Source: Deltaproteobacteria bacterium (GTDB lineage Bacteria; Desulfobacterota; Syntrophia; Syntrophales; JAFGHS01). From it: a stretch of DNA of 64,000 nucleotides. A program made the translations under genes and the position numbers. This document shows, in pieces, positions 53,946-63,023 of this stretch. How positions within the stretch are numbered: the first letter of the stretch is position 1; each line of letters begins with the position of its first letter. Under the pieces are notes generated by a model. That model saw nothing but the letters and a program-made list of their open reading frames with translations, was not told where the DNA came from and searched no databases. The DNA lies in contig JAFGHS010000050.1 of assembly GCA_016930075.1 (NCBI GenBank), positions 32,872-96,871 of the forward strand, written 5' to 3'.

Positions 53946-55061
53946 CTATTCGGGGCGCGTAATGACGACCCGCACGGTCCGGGGAGGCGTCTTGCTCAGG
54001 GTAATCGCATTGGCCGGACAAAAATGTGCGCACACGCCGCAGCCGATGCAACGATCAGGATCGACGTGCGAAACGCCGTCTTCGCCCAGTTTGATGGCAT
54101 CCGTATGGCAGCGGATCGCGCATGTCCCGCAGCCTTTGCAGATGTCCGGGTCCACATGGGACAGATAGGTGGCAACATTGACGACGAATCGGGTCGAATT
54201 CCCGCAGCAGTCCTTGCAGCAATTGCAGATGCTCGTCTCATCCTTGGTGATGTCGAAATTGGGATGGTAGGCCTTGTGGACCAGACCGTCCTCCTCCGAT
54301 TTCATGAGAATCTCCAGGGCCTCTTTTTTGTCGATCATGCGCATGAAGCCGTTTTCCGTGGTGAAGCGCGCCGACTTGCCGAAGGTAAAGCAGGTCTCCC
54401 GCAGGTCCGTCTGCTTGCAGTGCTTGCCTTCCGTGTCTTTGTGCTGGCGGCAGAAACAGTAACCCACGGCAATCTCATCGAACTTCTCGATCAGTTCCTT
54501 CACGTCGCCCGTCAGGAGTATCCGGTCCGCCGCATCCTGGGCTACTTCTTCATTGATGTCTATGACCGTACGCTTGCCGGTTGCCTTGTTCGTCCGGATA
54601 GGAACCGTCCGATCAGGAGGCGGGATGACCTTGATGATTTCCGCCCACTGTTCCGGCTTAATCGCATTGAGTCCCCCCCTTTCAGAAAAAAGTTTGGTGA
54701 ATAAAGCAGCCAGACGTTTTTCTTCCTCCGTGTAGGTCAGTTTTTTCATAAAGGTGTATTCGAAAATGCCGACATTGGCCAGAGGAAGCAGGCGAAATAC
54801 GAGGACGCCTGCCGAGTTCGGCTGGTTGAAGATGACGCCTTTTTTAGCCAGGGCGCTGGTCTTCTCCAGGACTTCTTCCTCCGACAATCCGCTTGCTTCC
54901 TTCAACTGATCGATGCTCTGAGACTTGCTCTTCTTAAAAGTCAAAAGCAGGTCAAGCTGATCTTCCTTCACCAGCTCTTTAATAATGTCTACCAGCGTAT
55001 CGGAAGCGCCCCTGCTGCTGATCGTTTCAGCCACCGCCCGGTATTTCTCATCTGTGTTCAT
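53946..55061 (-). CDS. Multi-cluster Fe-S protein: N-terminal winged-helix-like region, Cys-rich middle, C-terminal 2x[4Fe-4S] ferredoxin domain
   Basis: 371 aa. CKGCGTCAIRCHTDAI and CIGCGVCAHFCPANAI are classic CxxCxxCxxxCP motifs. Additional motifs are YCFCRQHKDTEGKHC and CNCCKDCCG. Confidence 0.7.
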   Translation of the reverse strand: MNTDEKYRAVAETISSRGASDTLVDIIKELVKEDQLDLLLTFKKSKSQSIDQLKEASGLSEEEVLEKTSALAKKGVIFNQPNSAGVLVFRLLPLANVGIFEYTFMKKLTYTEEEKRLAALFTKLFSERGGLNAIKPEQWAEIIKVIPPPDRTVPIRTNKATGKRTVIDINEEVAQDAADRILLTGDVKELIEKFDEIAVGYCFCRQHKDTEGKHCKQTDLRETCFTFGKSARFTTENGFMRMIDKKEALEILMKSEEDGLVHKAYHPNFDITKDETSICNCCKDCCGNSTRFVVNVATYLSHVDPDICKGCGTCAIRCHTDAIKLGEDGVSHVDPDRCIGCGVCAHFCPANAITLSKTPPRTVRVVITRPE

Positions 55062-55196
55062 AGGTCCTCCATAATGTTTTTAACTCGAAATAAATTACCG
55101 ATCCCTTACTATGATTGAAAGCCTACTGTAAAGACAAAATTCAACAGTCAGGGGAGGGAATTAGAGGGCGTCCTCAGGTTCGTAATGCAAAGAGAA

Positions 55197-56174
55197 TTAA
55201 TGCCCTAAAATCGGGTGTGGTTGATAAAGCTCTTCCAGAAACAGCAGCTCCTCCGGAGACAGCTTGATGTCGATGGCAGCAAAGGCCTCATCGAGATGCT
55301 GCAACTTGGTCGAACCGACAATGGGCGCTGTGACGTCCTGTTGATGCAGCATCCAGGCCAGGGCGATTTGCATGCGGCTCACGCTGCGTTGGGAAGCCAG
55401 TTCGGCGACGCGATTGGCGATCGTAAAATCGCTGTCCCGAAAGTACATGTTGTGCATGGACTTGTCGTTTTGGGAGCGGCTTGTCTCGCCCCTGTTTTCA
55501 GCCGTCCGTCCTCCGGCAAGGAATCCTCGCGCCAACGGGCTCCAGGGGATGACGCCGATGCCCTGTTCGCGGCAAAGCGGCAGCATCTCGCGTTCTTCTT
55601 CACGATAAATCAGATTATAGTGGTTTTGCATGGAGACGAAGCGGGTCCATCCGTGCTTTTCCGCCGTGTACAGCGCTTTGGAAAACTGCCAGGCGTACAT
55701 GGACGATGCACCGATGTAACGCGCTTTCCCGGCCTTGACCACGTCATGAAGGGCTTCCAAGGTCTCTTCGATCGGCGTTCGGCTGTCCCAGCGGTGAATC
55801 TGATAAAGATCGACGTAATCCATGCCCAGCCGCTGCAAAGAATCGTCTATGGCATGCATGATGTACTTTTTGGACAGGCCCATGCGGTTCGGTTTTTCGC
55901 CCATGGGAGCAAAAACTTTCGTGGCCAGGACAATCTCTTCCCGCCTGGCGAAGTCCTTCAGGGCGCGACCTACGACGCGTTCGCTTTCTCCCAGCGAGTA
56001 CGAATCTGACGTGTCAAAAAAGTTTACACCCGCTTCCAGGGCTTTCTTGATGAACGGACGGGACTCCTCTTCGCCGAGCGCCCAACCATGCCACTTGCTT
56101 TCGCCATAACTCATGCAGCCTAAACAAATTCGCGATACCCGCAAACCAGTTTTTCCTAAACGGACATACTTCAT
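55197..56174 (-). CDS. Aldo/keto reductase (Tas/YajO-like)
   Basis: 325 aa. LGCMSYG, FFDTSDSYS, DLYQIHRWD and RYIGASS indicate AKR catalytic tetrad contexts. Confidence 0.9.
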   Translation of the reverse strand: MKYVRLGKTGLRVSRICLGCMSYGESKWHGWALGEEESRPFIKKALEAGVNFFDTSDSYSLGESERVVGRALKDFARREEIVLATKVFAPMGEKPNRMGLSKKYIMHAIDDSLQRLGMDYVDLYQIHRWDSRTPIEETLEALHDVVKAGKARYIGASSMYAWQFSKALYTAEKHGWTRFVSMQNHYNLIYREEEREMLPLCREQGIGVIPWSPLARGFLAGGRTAENRGETSRSQNDKSMHNMYFRDSDFTIANRVAELASQRSVSRMQIALAWMLHQQDVTAPIVGSTKLQHLDEAFAAIDIKLSPEELLFLEELYQPHPILGH

Positions 56175-56390
56175 CTCTTCCCCCTTATTGAAGATTTATC
56201 GATATTCAGTTCACTCGGACTTATACGATATAACAAAGAATAAGACAAATGATAATGGTAATGGGCTGTGGGATTATAAAAACGAGCCTGTCAAGTTTAA
56301 CGACTTTTTTAAAGTCCGGATGCTATGCTATTAAAAAAGCTTTTCCATGTCCTGCAATGTCATCGGTTATTTCGGGTGCAATGCAACCGC

Positions 56391-58340
56391 TCACGCCCCG
56401 GTGCGGGCTTCCTGATAATCCTTAACGGGCATCAACTGCCAGGCGTCGGGGCCCTGCAAATTGAGCACGTAATGGTGATAGTTCAGGATGCTGCTCCGGT
56501 GGCCGACGCTGATGTAATGGATGCCCATTTCCTTGAGCTTGCCGTAGAGGTTGGCTTCGTTGTCCATATCGAGGGCGCTGGTGGCCTCGTCAAGAACGGC
56601 GAATTTCGGCCGGTTGACAAGGAGGCGGGCGAAGGCCAGGCGCTGCTGCTCGCCCAGAGACAGAACGTCCGCCCAATCCAGGGCCGTGTCGAATCCGCCG
56701 ACCCGTTCCGGCAGCCCTTCCAGGTTGACCTGCTTTAAAACGTCCGACAGCTCCGCATCGGAGACTTGACGCTCCGCCCGCGGATAGATGAGCTGATCCC
56801 GCAGGGTTCCCAGAAGCATGTAGGGGCGCTGGGGGAGAAAGAAGATATCCTTCAGGGCCGGGCGCCTGACGGCGCCTTTGCCCTGGGTCCACAAGCCGGC
56901 GACGGCGCGCAGGAGTGAGCTTTTTCCCACGCCGCTTGAGCCGACAATGACCAGGTTGTCTTTTACGGGCAGGTCCACAGTCAGGTCGCAAAAGAGGGTC
57001 CGCTCTTTGTTCGGCGTCCGGAGGGTTAAATCGTTTAAAGCGAATCGGTCCGCTTCGGCCGACGCAATGCCTCCCGCCTCCCGCTGCCCCGGTTCGACGG
57101 CGTCGGAGAAGGCGGAAAGACGCTCAACGCCGGCGGCGAAGTTGGTGATCTGCTCGATTTGTGAGACAATGAGAGACAGGGCGCCGTAAACCTGGAGAAA
57201 GGCGAAATTGGCCTGCACCATGTCTCCATATTCAATCTTGCCGCTGAAATAGGGGGGAAATAAAATCAGGAAAGGCAGAACCACGGGCAGGTAGCTGTAG
57301 GCCGTGGTGAAAAACGACAGGTTCCGCTGCCAGCCGATGAGGAGATTGAAGTTGCCCAGGACATTGCGGAAGCGCTCGGCGATCGTTTCCACCTCCGGCT
57401 TTTCCCCCTGATAAAAGGCGATGGATTCCGCGTTGTCCCGCACATGGACGAGGGAGTAGCGGAAATCCGCCTCGTACCGCAGTTGATTGAAATTGAGGCG
57501 GACAAGGCGGCGGCCGATCAGGACGGTAAGGGCCGTGCCGATAAGGGAGTAGCCAAGGACGACGCCCACCAGCAGGGTTGATTTCGACCAGAGGATCCCG
57601 GAGAAGGAGACGATGTCCATGACGGCGCCCAGAATCACAAGAAGAAAGGCCAGGGACGTACGGGTGAAGGAGCGGACGTCCTCCATGATCCGCTGATCGG
57701 GGTTGTCGATGCGGCCTTCCATCTCTATTTCATAGTAGCTGCGGTTTTTGAAATATTTTTCCAGGAAGTCCCCCGTCATCCATTCCCGCCACCGCATGCC
57801 CAGGTAGTTCTGCACGTAATGATAGAAGGCGACGATGGGGATGCCGATGAGGAAGCCGGCAAAATAGACGGCCACAAACGTATAGGCCATGTCCTGGTTT
57901 TTTTTCACCAGGGCGTTGGTGAAGTAATTGCCGATGTAGCTGAAGGCGACGTTTATGCCTGTCACGGACAGGGATAAAATAAGGACGATTGCCAGAAGCG
58001 TCCAGGCCCGCCGGCGATTCTTAAGGTGTCCGCCAAAAAAAATAAAGCAGGCCGCCGGGATGATAAGAATGCCGATGACGATCATCCAGGCTTTGGATGT
58101 GAACGCATTTGTTACCATACCCAGCAGGCCGCCGGCCGTTTTTGAGACCAGATCGGGGGCGAAGTAATTGACGGTAACAATAAGACCTGAAACGGTCAAA
58201 AACAGGACGCCGAAAAGAAAGATCAAAAGCATGACGAGGAGCAGCAGCATGGCCCAGCCGCCGCGGGGAATAAGGGGGAAAAAATAGGGCTGGGCGATGG
58301 CGACGAATCGTTTCCATAATGAAGGTTTTTCCTGGCTCAT
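56391..58340 (-). CDS. ABC transporter, fused permease/ATPase (SbmA/BacA-type TMD, ABCD-like half transporter)
   Basis: The N-terminal ~6 TM region is followed by Walker A GSSGVGKSSLLRA, signature LSLGEQQRLAFARL, and Walker B FAVLDEATSALD. The start is placed at ATG 58340 (AAAGGA RBS); the ORF extends to 58361. Confidence 0.85.
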   Translation of the reverse strand: MSQEKPSLWKRFVAIAQPYFFPLIPRGGWAMLLLLVMLLIFLFGVLFLTVSGLIVTVNYFAPDLVSKTAGGLLGMVTNAFTSKAWMIVIGILIIPAACFIFFGGHLKNRRRAWTLLAIVLILSLSVTGINVAFSYIGNYFTNALVKKNQDMAYTFVAVYFAGFLIGIPIVAFYHYVQNYLGMRWREWMTGDFLEKYFKNRSYYEIEMEGRIDNPDQRIMEDVRSFTRTSLAFLLVILGAVMDIVSFSGILWSKSTLLVGVVLGYSLIGTALTVLIGRRLVRLNFNQLRYEADFRYSLVHVRDNAESIAFYQGEKPEVETIAERFRNVLGNFNLLIGWQRNLSFFTTAYSYLPVVLPFLILFPPYFSGKIEYGDMVQANFAFLQVYGALSLIVSQIEQITNFAAGVERLSAFSDAVEPGQREAGGIASAEADRFALNDLTLRTPNKERTLFCDLTVDLPVKDNLVIVGSSGVGKSSLLRAVAGLWTQGKGAVRRPALKDIFFLPQRPYMLLGTLRDQLIYPRAERQVSDAELSDVLKQVNLEGLPERVGGFDTALDWADVLSLGEQQRLAFARLLVNRPKFAVLDEATSALDMDNEANLYGKLKEMGIHYISVGHRSSILNYHHYVLNLQGPDAWQLMPVKDYQEARTGA

Positions 58341-58596
58341 TGACAAAAATATCCTTTCCATGGATAATGATGCGGTAAAAATACAGAAACTTCACATAAT
58401 TTGCAAAATAAAGATTGGCGGGGCTGAACCGCCGACCCGGCATGGATTATCGGTATAGCCGTCCACTTTATGATGAGCCGCCTTTCTTCTTGAATTATGA
58501 TCATGTTGTGTGTATCGTGCACCGGTGTTTGAGTTGAGAATAAAATCTACAGACCTTTTGCCGTCCTTCGGGGTTTTGTGTTTTGGGGTTTAATCC

Positions 58597-60684
58597 ATGT
58601 CATTTTTAAAAAAAAGAAGATTCTTATGGTCTGTCGGCGGTGCCTTTTTGGCGGGGGTGATTCTGGTTATATTTGCGTCCAGCCCCTGGGCCAAATCCAT
58701 CTATCCCGGCAGCTCCGACAAACTGATCGCTAAAACCGTAGCAGCCCTTATGAAAAGCGAACATCTTTCGGGACACTTGCTGGATAGAGAGATTTCGGAG
58801 CGCTGCTTCCGGAATTTCTTCCAGACCCTCGATCCGCAAAAGGTTTTCTTTTATCAATCCGACATTGATGCATTCAGCCGCCAGAAAGAAAAGCTGGCCG
58901 GGATGATCGAGCAGGGCGACATCGGCTTTGCCTATGAAGTCTTCAGGACATACCGGGTCCGCATCGACGAACGCATCCGGACCATTGAGAGCCTGCTTGC
59001 AGCGCCGCAGGATTTCAGCCGCGACGAGGAAATGGTGATCGCCAAAGATTTGATCACGTATGCCCGGACGCCGGCAGAAGCCCGTGATCGCTGGCGTCAG
59101 AGGCTGAAATATGAGATTTTGCTTCTCAGGGCCGATAAGGCCATGGGCAAGGCCGAATCGGGCGATACGATGGCACCGGAAAAACGTCTGCTCCGCCGCT
59201 ACCGGAGCTTTGCCAAGCAGATGCACCAGACGGATAATGAAGAGCTTTCAGGCATCTATCTGACGGCCCTGACGACGGCCTTCGATCCACATTCGGTCTA
59301 TATGTCGCCGCGCATAACAGAGAATTTTGAAATTGCCATGCGTCTTGAGCTGGAAGGGATCGGCGCATCCCTGAATTCCGTGGACGGCTATACGATCGTC
59401 AAAGAGATCATCCCCGGCGGGGCCGCGGACCGCGACGGCCGGTTGAAGGTGGAGGACAAGATTATCGGCGTCGGGGAAGGAATAAACGGCGAAGTGCATG
59501 ATGTGGTTGATATGAAGTTAAACGATGTCGTCAAGATGATCCGTGGAAAGGCCGATACGATCGTTCGCCTCCAGGTCCTCACCGTCAAGGATGAGCAAAA
59601 GCTCATCACAATCAAACGGGCAAAGATCGAGTTGAAGGACCGGGACGCCCAGGGTGAAATCTTTGAAGCCGGGCATCACGGGAAGGGCCGGGCCGTCAAA
59701 ATAGGCGTCATCGATCTGCCCAGTTTTTACATGGATGCGGCAGGCGCCAACAAGGGACAAGCCGATTATAAAAGCACCACGCGGGACGTACGGAAAATCC
59801 TGGAGGATTTTAAGCGAAAAGGCGTAGATGCCGTCGTCCTCGATCTGAGGAGAAACGGCGGCGGGTCGCTGCCTGAGGCAATCAATCTGACGGGGCTTTT
59901 CATTATGGATGGTCCTGTCCTGCAGGTCAAAGATGCGGAGGGCCGCATTTATCCCCATCCGGATCCCGATGAGCGTATGGTCTGGTCGGGTCCGCTGGTC
60001 CTGATGACCAGCCAGTTCAGCGCCAGTGCCAGCGAGATTCTTGCGGGCGCCATACAGGATTACGAACGGGGCCTTGTTGTCGGCGATGAGGCCACGCACG
60101 GCAAGGGAACCGTGCAGAATCTGATCGATCTGGATCGCCTGAGATCGCGCCTGTTGAATCCGCAGACAAAAATGGGCTCCCTGAAAATCACGACGCAGCA
60201 ATTCTTCCGGCCCAGCGGCGCCAGCGTGCAAAAAAGGGGCGTCCGGTCGGATATCGAACTGCCGTCGCTGACCACCCATCTTGATGTCGGCGAATCGGAC
60301 CTCGAATACGCTGTGCCCTTCGACAAGGTACCGCCGCAACGTTTTATGACATTCGGCAATGTCAACAAGGATTGGCTGGATCAACTCCGGCGGCGCTCCG
60401 ATATCCGCGTGAAGGCCTCCGAGAAATTCCGGAAGGTTGTTCAGAATATTGAGCTTTATAAGGTGCAGAAAAACCGGAAAACCGTCAATCTTCATGAGGC
60501 AAAATTTCTTAAAGAACGGGCGGCGTTTAACGCGGAGCGGGAAGATGAAAACGGACCGGATGATACGAACCGGGACGTCAAAAGAGGCATAAAACGGGAC
60601 TATTATCTCAATGAAGTCATGGCAATTACGGTGGATTACCTGGATCTCCAGCGCTATATTGTCGATGAAAAAGACGCAGCCTGA
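58597..60684 (+). CDS. Carboxy-terminal processing (tail-specific) peptidase, family S41
   Basis: 695 aa with an N-terminal TM/signal. The PDZ region is GIGASLNSVDGYTIVKEIIPGGAADRDGRL. The catalytic region has LDLRRNGGGSL and SASASEILAGAIQDY ... THGKGTVQ. Confidence 0.9.
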   Translation: MSFLKKRRFLWSVGGAFLAGVILVIFASSPWAKSIYPGSSDKLIAKTVAALMKSEHLSGHLLDREISERCFRNFFQTLDPQKVFFYQSDIDAFSRQKEKLAGMIEQGDIGFAYEVFRTYRVRIDERIRTIESLLAAPQDFSRDEEMVIAKDLITYARTPAEARDRWRQRLKYEILLLRADKAMGKAESGDTMAPEKRLLRRYRSFAKQMHQTDNEELSGIYLTALTTAFDPHSVYMSPRITENFEIAMRLELEGIGASLNSVDGYTIVKEIIPGGAADRDGRLKVEDKIIGVGEGINGEVHDVVDMKLNDVVKMIRGKADTIVRLQVLTVKDEQKLITIKRAKIELKDRDAQGEIFEAGHHGKGRAVKIGVIDLPSFYMDAAGANKGQADYKSTTRDVRKILEDFKRKGVDAVVLDLRRNGGGSLPEAINLTGLFIMDGPVLQVKDAEGRIYPHPDPDERMVWSGPLVLMTSQFSASASEILAGAIQDYERGLVVGDEATHGKGTVQNLIDLDRLRSRLLNPQTKMGSLKITTQQFFRPSGASVQKRGVRSDIELPSLTTHLDVGESDLEYAVPFDKVPPQRFMTFGNVNKDWLDQLRRRSDIRVKASEKFRKVVQNIELYKVQKNRKTVNLHEAKFLKERAAFNAEREDENGPDDTNRDVKRGIKRDYYLNEVMAITVDYLDLQRYIVDEKDAA

Positions 60685-60690
60685 GGAGAA

Positions 60691-60808
60691 CGTGAAGCGT
60701 ATCTCGTGAAGCGGGAAGCGTGAAGCGTGGAGCGCAGAATGTGGATCATGTTCTGCGCATCACGAAAGACGAGCGACGCACCACGAACGACGGATTTCAC
60801 GCTTCACG
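60691..60808. repeat. Dispersed repeat family E, copy 2 with terminal inverted repeats
   Basis: CGTGAAGCGT...(60691) pairs with ...ACGCTTCACG (60808). There is an internal hairpin GCGCAGAAtgtggatcatgTTCTGCGC. The GAGCGACGCACCACGAACGACG block is shared with 18355-18375. Confidence 0.6.
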
Positions 60809-60825
60809 TATGGGGGGAACAAGAA

Positions 60826-61794
60826 ATGCGATACATCATCTACGGCGCCGGCGCCATCGGCGGCGTTATCGGCGCCCGGTTGTTCAGGGCCGGCAAGGAG
60901 GTTATCCTCATCGCGCGCGGTCCGCATCTGGAGGCCATTCATGAACACGGGCTAAAGCTCGAAACGCCGGAATGGACGGAGACCTTCCGCATACCTGCCG
61001 TATCCGGACCCGCAGAAATCCGTTTTCAGGAGGGCGATGCGGTCATCCTCGGCATGAAATCGCAGGACACGGAAGCGGCGGTTACGGCGCTCAGAGCCGC
61101 AGCGGGCGATGTCTTGCCGGTGGTCTGCACCCAGAACGGCGTGGTCAATGAACGGACGGCTCTGCGGCGGTTTGAAAATGTCTATGCCATGCTTGTCATC
61201 CTGCCGGCCATGCATATGGCGCCGGGCGTTGTGGAGCAGAATTTCGCGCCGGTTCCGGGGATATTGGATACGGGGCGTTATCCTGCCGGTATTGATTCAA
61301 CAACGGAAATGATCTGCGCCGATCTGCGGGATGGCGGCTTCAGCGCCTTGGCCGATGCCGCCGTCATGCGTCAGAAATACGCCAAATTGCTGATGAATCT
61401 GACGAACGCCTTTCAGGTGATCTGTGGAAATGAAGCGGACGGCAGAGAGATTCTGAGGGCGGCGCGGCAAGAGGCCATCGCCTGTTACCAGGCAGCGGGC
61501 ATCGACTATGCCACAGATGAAGAAGTCCGCAACCGCCGGGGAAATCTGATTACCATAAAACCGATTGGCGAGGGACGGACACGGGGAAGCTCCTCATGGC
61601 AAAGCGCCATGCGCCGCACCGGTTCAATCGAGGCAGACTGGCTCAACGGCGAGATATGCCTCCTCGGACGTCTGCACGGTGTGCCGACGCCGGTTAATCG
61701 TTTATTGCAGACAACGGCAAACCGCATCGCCCGGGAGAAACTGCCACCGGGATCCATGTCGTCCGAAGAGCTGCTCAGGCTGATGAAGCAATAG
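60826..61794 (+). CDS. Ketopantoate reductase (PanE/ApbA) family oxidoreductase
   Basis: MRYIIYGAGAIGGVIGARL Rossmann start at ATG 60826. The upstream 33 codons of the track ORF are repeat family E sequence. Confidence 0.8.
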   Translation: MRYIIYGAGAIGGVIGARLFRAGKEVILIARGPHLEAIHEHGLKLETPEWTETFRIPAVSGPAEIRFQEGDAVILGMKSQDTEAAVTALRAAAGDVLPVVCTQNGVVNERTALRRFENVYAMLVILPAMHMAPGVVEQNFAPVPGILDTGRYPAGIDSTTEMICADLRDGGFSALADAAVMRQKYAKLLMNLTNAFQVICGNEADGREILRAARQEAIACYQAAGIDYATDEEVRNRRGNLITIKPIGEGRTRGSSSWQSAMRRTGSIEADWLNGEICLLGRLHGVPTPVNRLLQTTANRIAREKLPPGSMSSEELLRLMKQ

Positions 61795-61845
61795 CCGTTG
61801 CCAGAACTTATGAGCTTATGAGATTAATAGAATGGAGACATGTTT

Positions 61846-62302
61846 ATGCAGAAGTATGTGGAACCCCAAAAAGAGATCGATGTTTACTGTGAAGCGGATG
61901 TTATTGTTGTCGGCGGGGGACCGGCGGGATTGGCGCGGCATTGGCCGCGGGCCGGTCGGGCGCCAGGACGGTGATCATCGAGCGGTTCGGCTGTCTGGGC
62001 GGCCTGCAGACCCAGTGTCTACCAGGTCATGTTTACCTTTTGCGATCCCATGCTCCGCGGCGGCGATGGCGACCCGTTGGGCAACCACCAAGGCACGAAC
62101 GGCTTCGGTCCTGGTCGCAAAAGCCGGCATCAACCCCAGGGCCGTCGATATGAAGAAATTGCCGGAGAGCCTGCACGAGCAGGGCGCATTTGTCTCCGTC
62201 GGGGATTTACCCGGCGAAGCCCTGGAAGCCTATCGGGCCATCCAGGAGTTGATCCTGTCGCTGCCGAGGCCGGAATTGTATGATGAAGCGGCAAAATACT
62301 AG
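61846..62302 (+). pseudogene. Decayed FAD-dependent oxidoreductase gene (frameshifted and internally deleted)
   Basis: ATG 61846 gives MQKYVEPQKEIDVYCEADVIVVGGGPAGLA, a dinucleotide-binding GGGPAG motif. A 1-nt loss then shifts to AAGRSGARTVIIERFGCLGG (frame 3). The C-terminal-like segment VAKAGINPRAVDMKKLPESLHEQGAFV is in frame 2. The total is ~150 codons, against the several hundred I would expect for an intact FAD-dependent oxidoreductase of this kind. Confidence 0.5.
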
Positions 62303-62320
62303 AATAAGGAGAACCAAAGC

Positions 62321-62719
62321 ATGCAGATGAGCAACTATATGGGCGCTACGGGCATCGGCGTGAGCGATCTGAAAAGGTCGGCGGATTTTTATATGAACGT
62401 CTTCGGGATGAAGAAGCTCTGGAAGTTAAAGCTGCCCCACATGCATGAAATAGTCTTGAATCTTGAGGGCGAAAAGGGGGCATCGGTCGTGCTGATGCAT
62501 TATGTTGACGGGTCCGATCCCAATTACAAAAATCTTCCGGTCAAACTGGTGTTTTATGTGACGGACCCGAAGGCGTGCATCGAAAAAATCCGCGGGGAAG
62601 GTCTGGAGATCGTCCGCGATGCGGAACCGGTGCCGGAGCTGCGCAATGCCGTCGTCGGCCTGGCGAAAGACCCGGACGGCTATCTGCTCGAGATCCTTGA
62701 GGCCCAGGCCCAAGCGTAG
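62321..62719 (+). CDS. VOC/glyoxalase-family protein
   Basis: 132 aa with an AAGGAG RBS. GIGVSDLKRSADFYMNVFGMK and DPDGYLLEILE are typical glyoxalase I-like modules. Confidence 0.75.
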   Translation: MQMSNYMGATGIGVSDLKRSADFYMNVFGMKKLWKLKLPHMHEIVLNLEGEKGASVVLMHYVDGSDPNYKNLPVKLVFYVTDPKACIEKIRGEGLEIVRDAEPVPELRNAVVGLAKDPDGYLLEILEAQAQA

Positions 62720-62787
62720 AATCGAGATTCAAGTCAAGAAAATACAAACGTCATTCCGGCGGAGAGACTGCGTCGAAATTCGTTTTT

Positions 62788-62985
62788 AGTCATTTCGCCC
62801 CCCCGCATGTTGCGGGGGAGAAATCTTGTTGTTTAATGATATGAACAAGGTCAGATTCCTTATCCCGCCGCTGCGGGACTCGGAATGAAAAAGTCTTTTA
62901 TTGTGACACCGTCTCGAAAGCCGGAATCCGGTCCTGCTTGGGTGGGATCATAGAACTGAATTCCTGATTATGTCCGGAATGACAG
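62788..62985. repeat. Cluster of short dispersed repeats (family C-like and family D-like units)
   Basis: AGTCATTTCGCCCCCCCGCATGTTGCGGGGGAGAAATCT (62788-62826) is a C-like hairpin unit. CAGATTCCTTATCCCGCCGCTGCGGGACTCGGAATGAAAAAG (62852-62893) and ...TGTCCGGAATGACAGG (to ~62985) are D-like units. Confidence 0.55.
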
Positions 62986-63023
62986 GATAAATTATTTTAA
63001 ATACGACAGGAGGTAGTCAAAAC

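Noticed and set aside
59518-60495. 325-aa minus-strand ORF opposite the S41 peptidase gene
   Set aside because: This is a shadow ORF with no motifs. The plus-strand product has PDZ and S41 catalytic motifs.
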